64,000 nucleotides of DNA, taken from assembly GCA_017459965.1 (NCBI GenBank), contig JAFUBW010000014.1:75984-139983 (forward strand). The letters run 5' to 3'. Within the stretch, counting starts at the first letter, position 1, and every line of letters begins with the position of its first letter. The position numbers and the translations under genes were made by a program. The notes under the pieces were generated by a model. That model ran no database searches, was not told where the DNA came from, and saw only the letters and a program-made list of their open reading frames with translations. The DNA comes from Bacilli bacterium (GTDB lineage Bacteria; Bacillota_I; Bacilli_A; RF39; UBA660). Below, piece after piece: positions 63,863 through 64,000 of the stretch.

Positions 63863-63888
63863 AAAAATATAAAGTAAGGAAGTGTTTT

Positions 63889-64000
63889 ATGAAAGATAAT
63901 AATTTAAAAAAATATAGAGCTTATATAGTTAATGATAAAAAATTAGATATTATGTTAATCGATGGGGTAAATAAAAATGATGTTAGAGATAAAATTAAAA
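63889..64000 (+). CDS. 5' end of a CDS running out of the window (hypothetical)
   Basis: ATG after AAGGAAGTG. MKDNNLKKYRAYIVNDKKLDIMLIDGVNKNDVRDKIK... is open to the window edge. Confidence 0.5.
   Translation, partial: MKDNNLKKYRAYIVNDKKLDIMLIDGVNKNDVRDKIK

Overview
By eye this window is very AT-rich, and every convincing gene except one (2695-3015) is on the + strand. It looks like a spore-forming low-GC Firmicute chromosome carrying a large accessory region. No integrase or recombinase, rRNA, CRISPR array or reverse transcriptase is visible in the window.

**Layout**
1. **1-8.1 kb, core-like genes:** a fused MacB/FtsX-type ABC transporter, sigG, a YlmC/YmxH-like protein, a CPBP protease, a SpoIIIAH-like protein, gerE and a GerM-like protein. 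The block ends at tRNA-Arg(UCU) (8171-8247), which has its own promoter and terminator.
2. **8.3-12.8 kb, small accessory block:** an HD hydrolase and a C39-peptidase ABC bacteriocin exporter. Directly after the exporter is a 51-aa double-glycine-type precursor peptide that the ORF track missed (12618-12773).
3. **12.9-40.4 kb, transfer module of a Firmicute-type integrative conjugative element (ICE):** ParB-like protein, thioester/Cna-B adhesin plus sortase, SSB, DUF3991-Toprim protein, MobC, relaxase, VirD4 coupling protein, VirB6-like protein, PrgI/VirB3-like protein, VirB4 and a CHAP hydrolase. A 6-kb cargo insert of zinc-ribbon proteins separates mobC from the relaxase gene.
4. **40.4-62.2 kb, individually promoted cargo genes:** three GNATs, a GH10-like enzyme, two P-loop kinases, a ParB/Srx-like protein, a helicase with six tandem helicase-associated (HA) repeats, an M16 peptidase pair, and two large tail-anchored enzymes.
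5. **62.2-64 kb:** a long non-coding stretch, a sigma-region-4-like regulator, and a GC-enriched structured leader with terminator/antiterminator potential.

**Most notable observations**
- A conserved roughly 50-110 nt spacer module recurs after five consecutive cargo units (40.6-45.5 kb).
- Two soluble cargo enzymes have paralogous domains in the two tail-anchored proteins, which also share a C-terminal anchor module.
- The mobC/relaxase pair is split by cargo that includes a nuclease-like protein with seven zinc-ribbon modules.
- The bacteriocin precursor is unlisted in the ORF track.
- An identical 26-nt element sits upstream of two ABC transporter genes about 10 kb apart.

All family calls rest on motifs read by eye. 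No database search was run.
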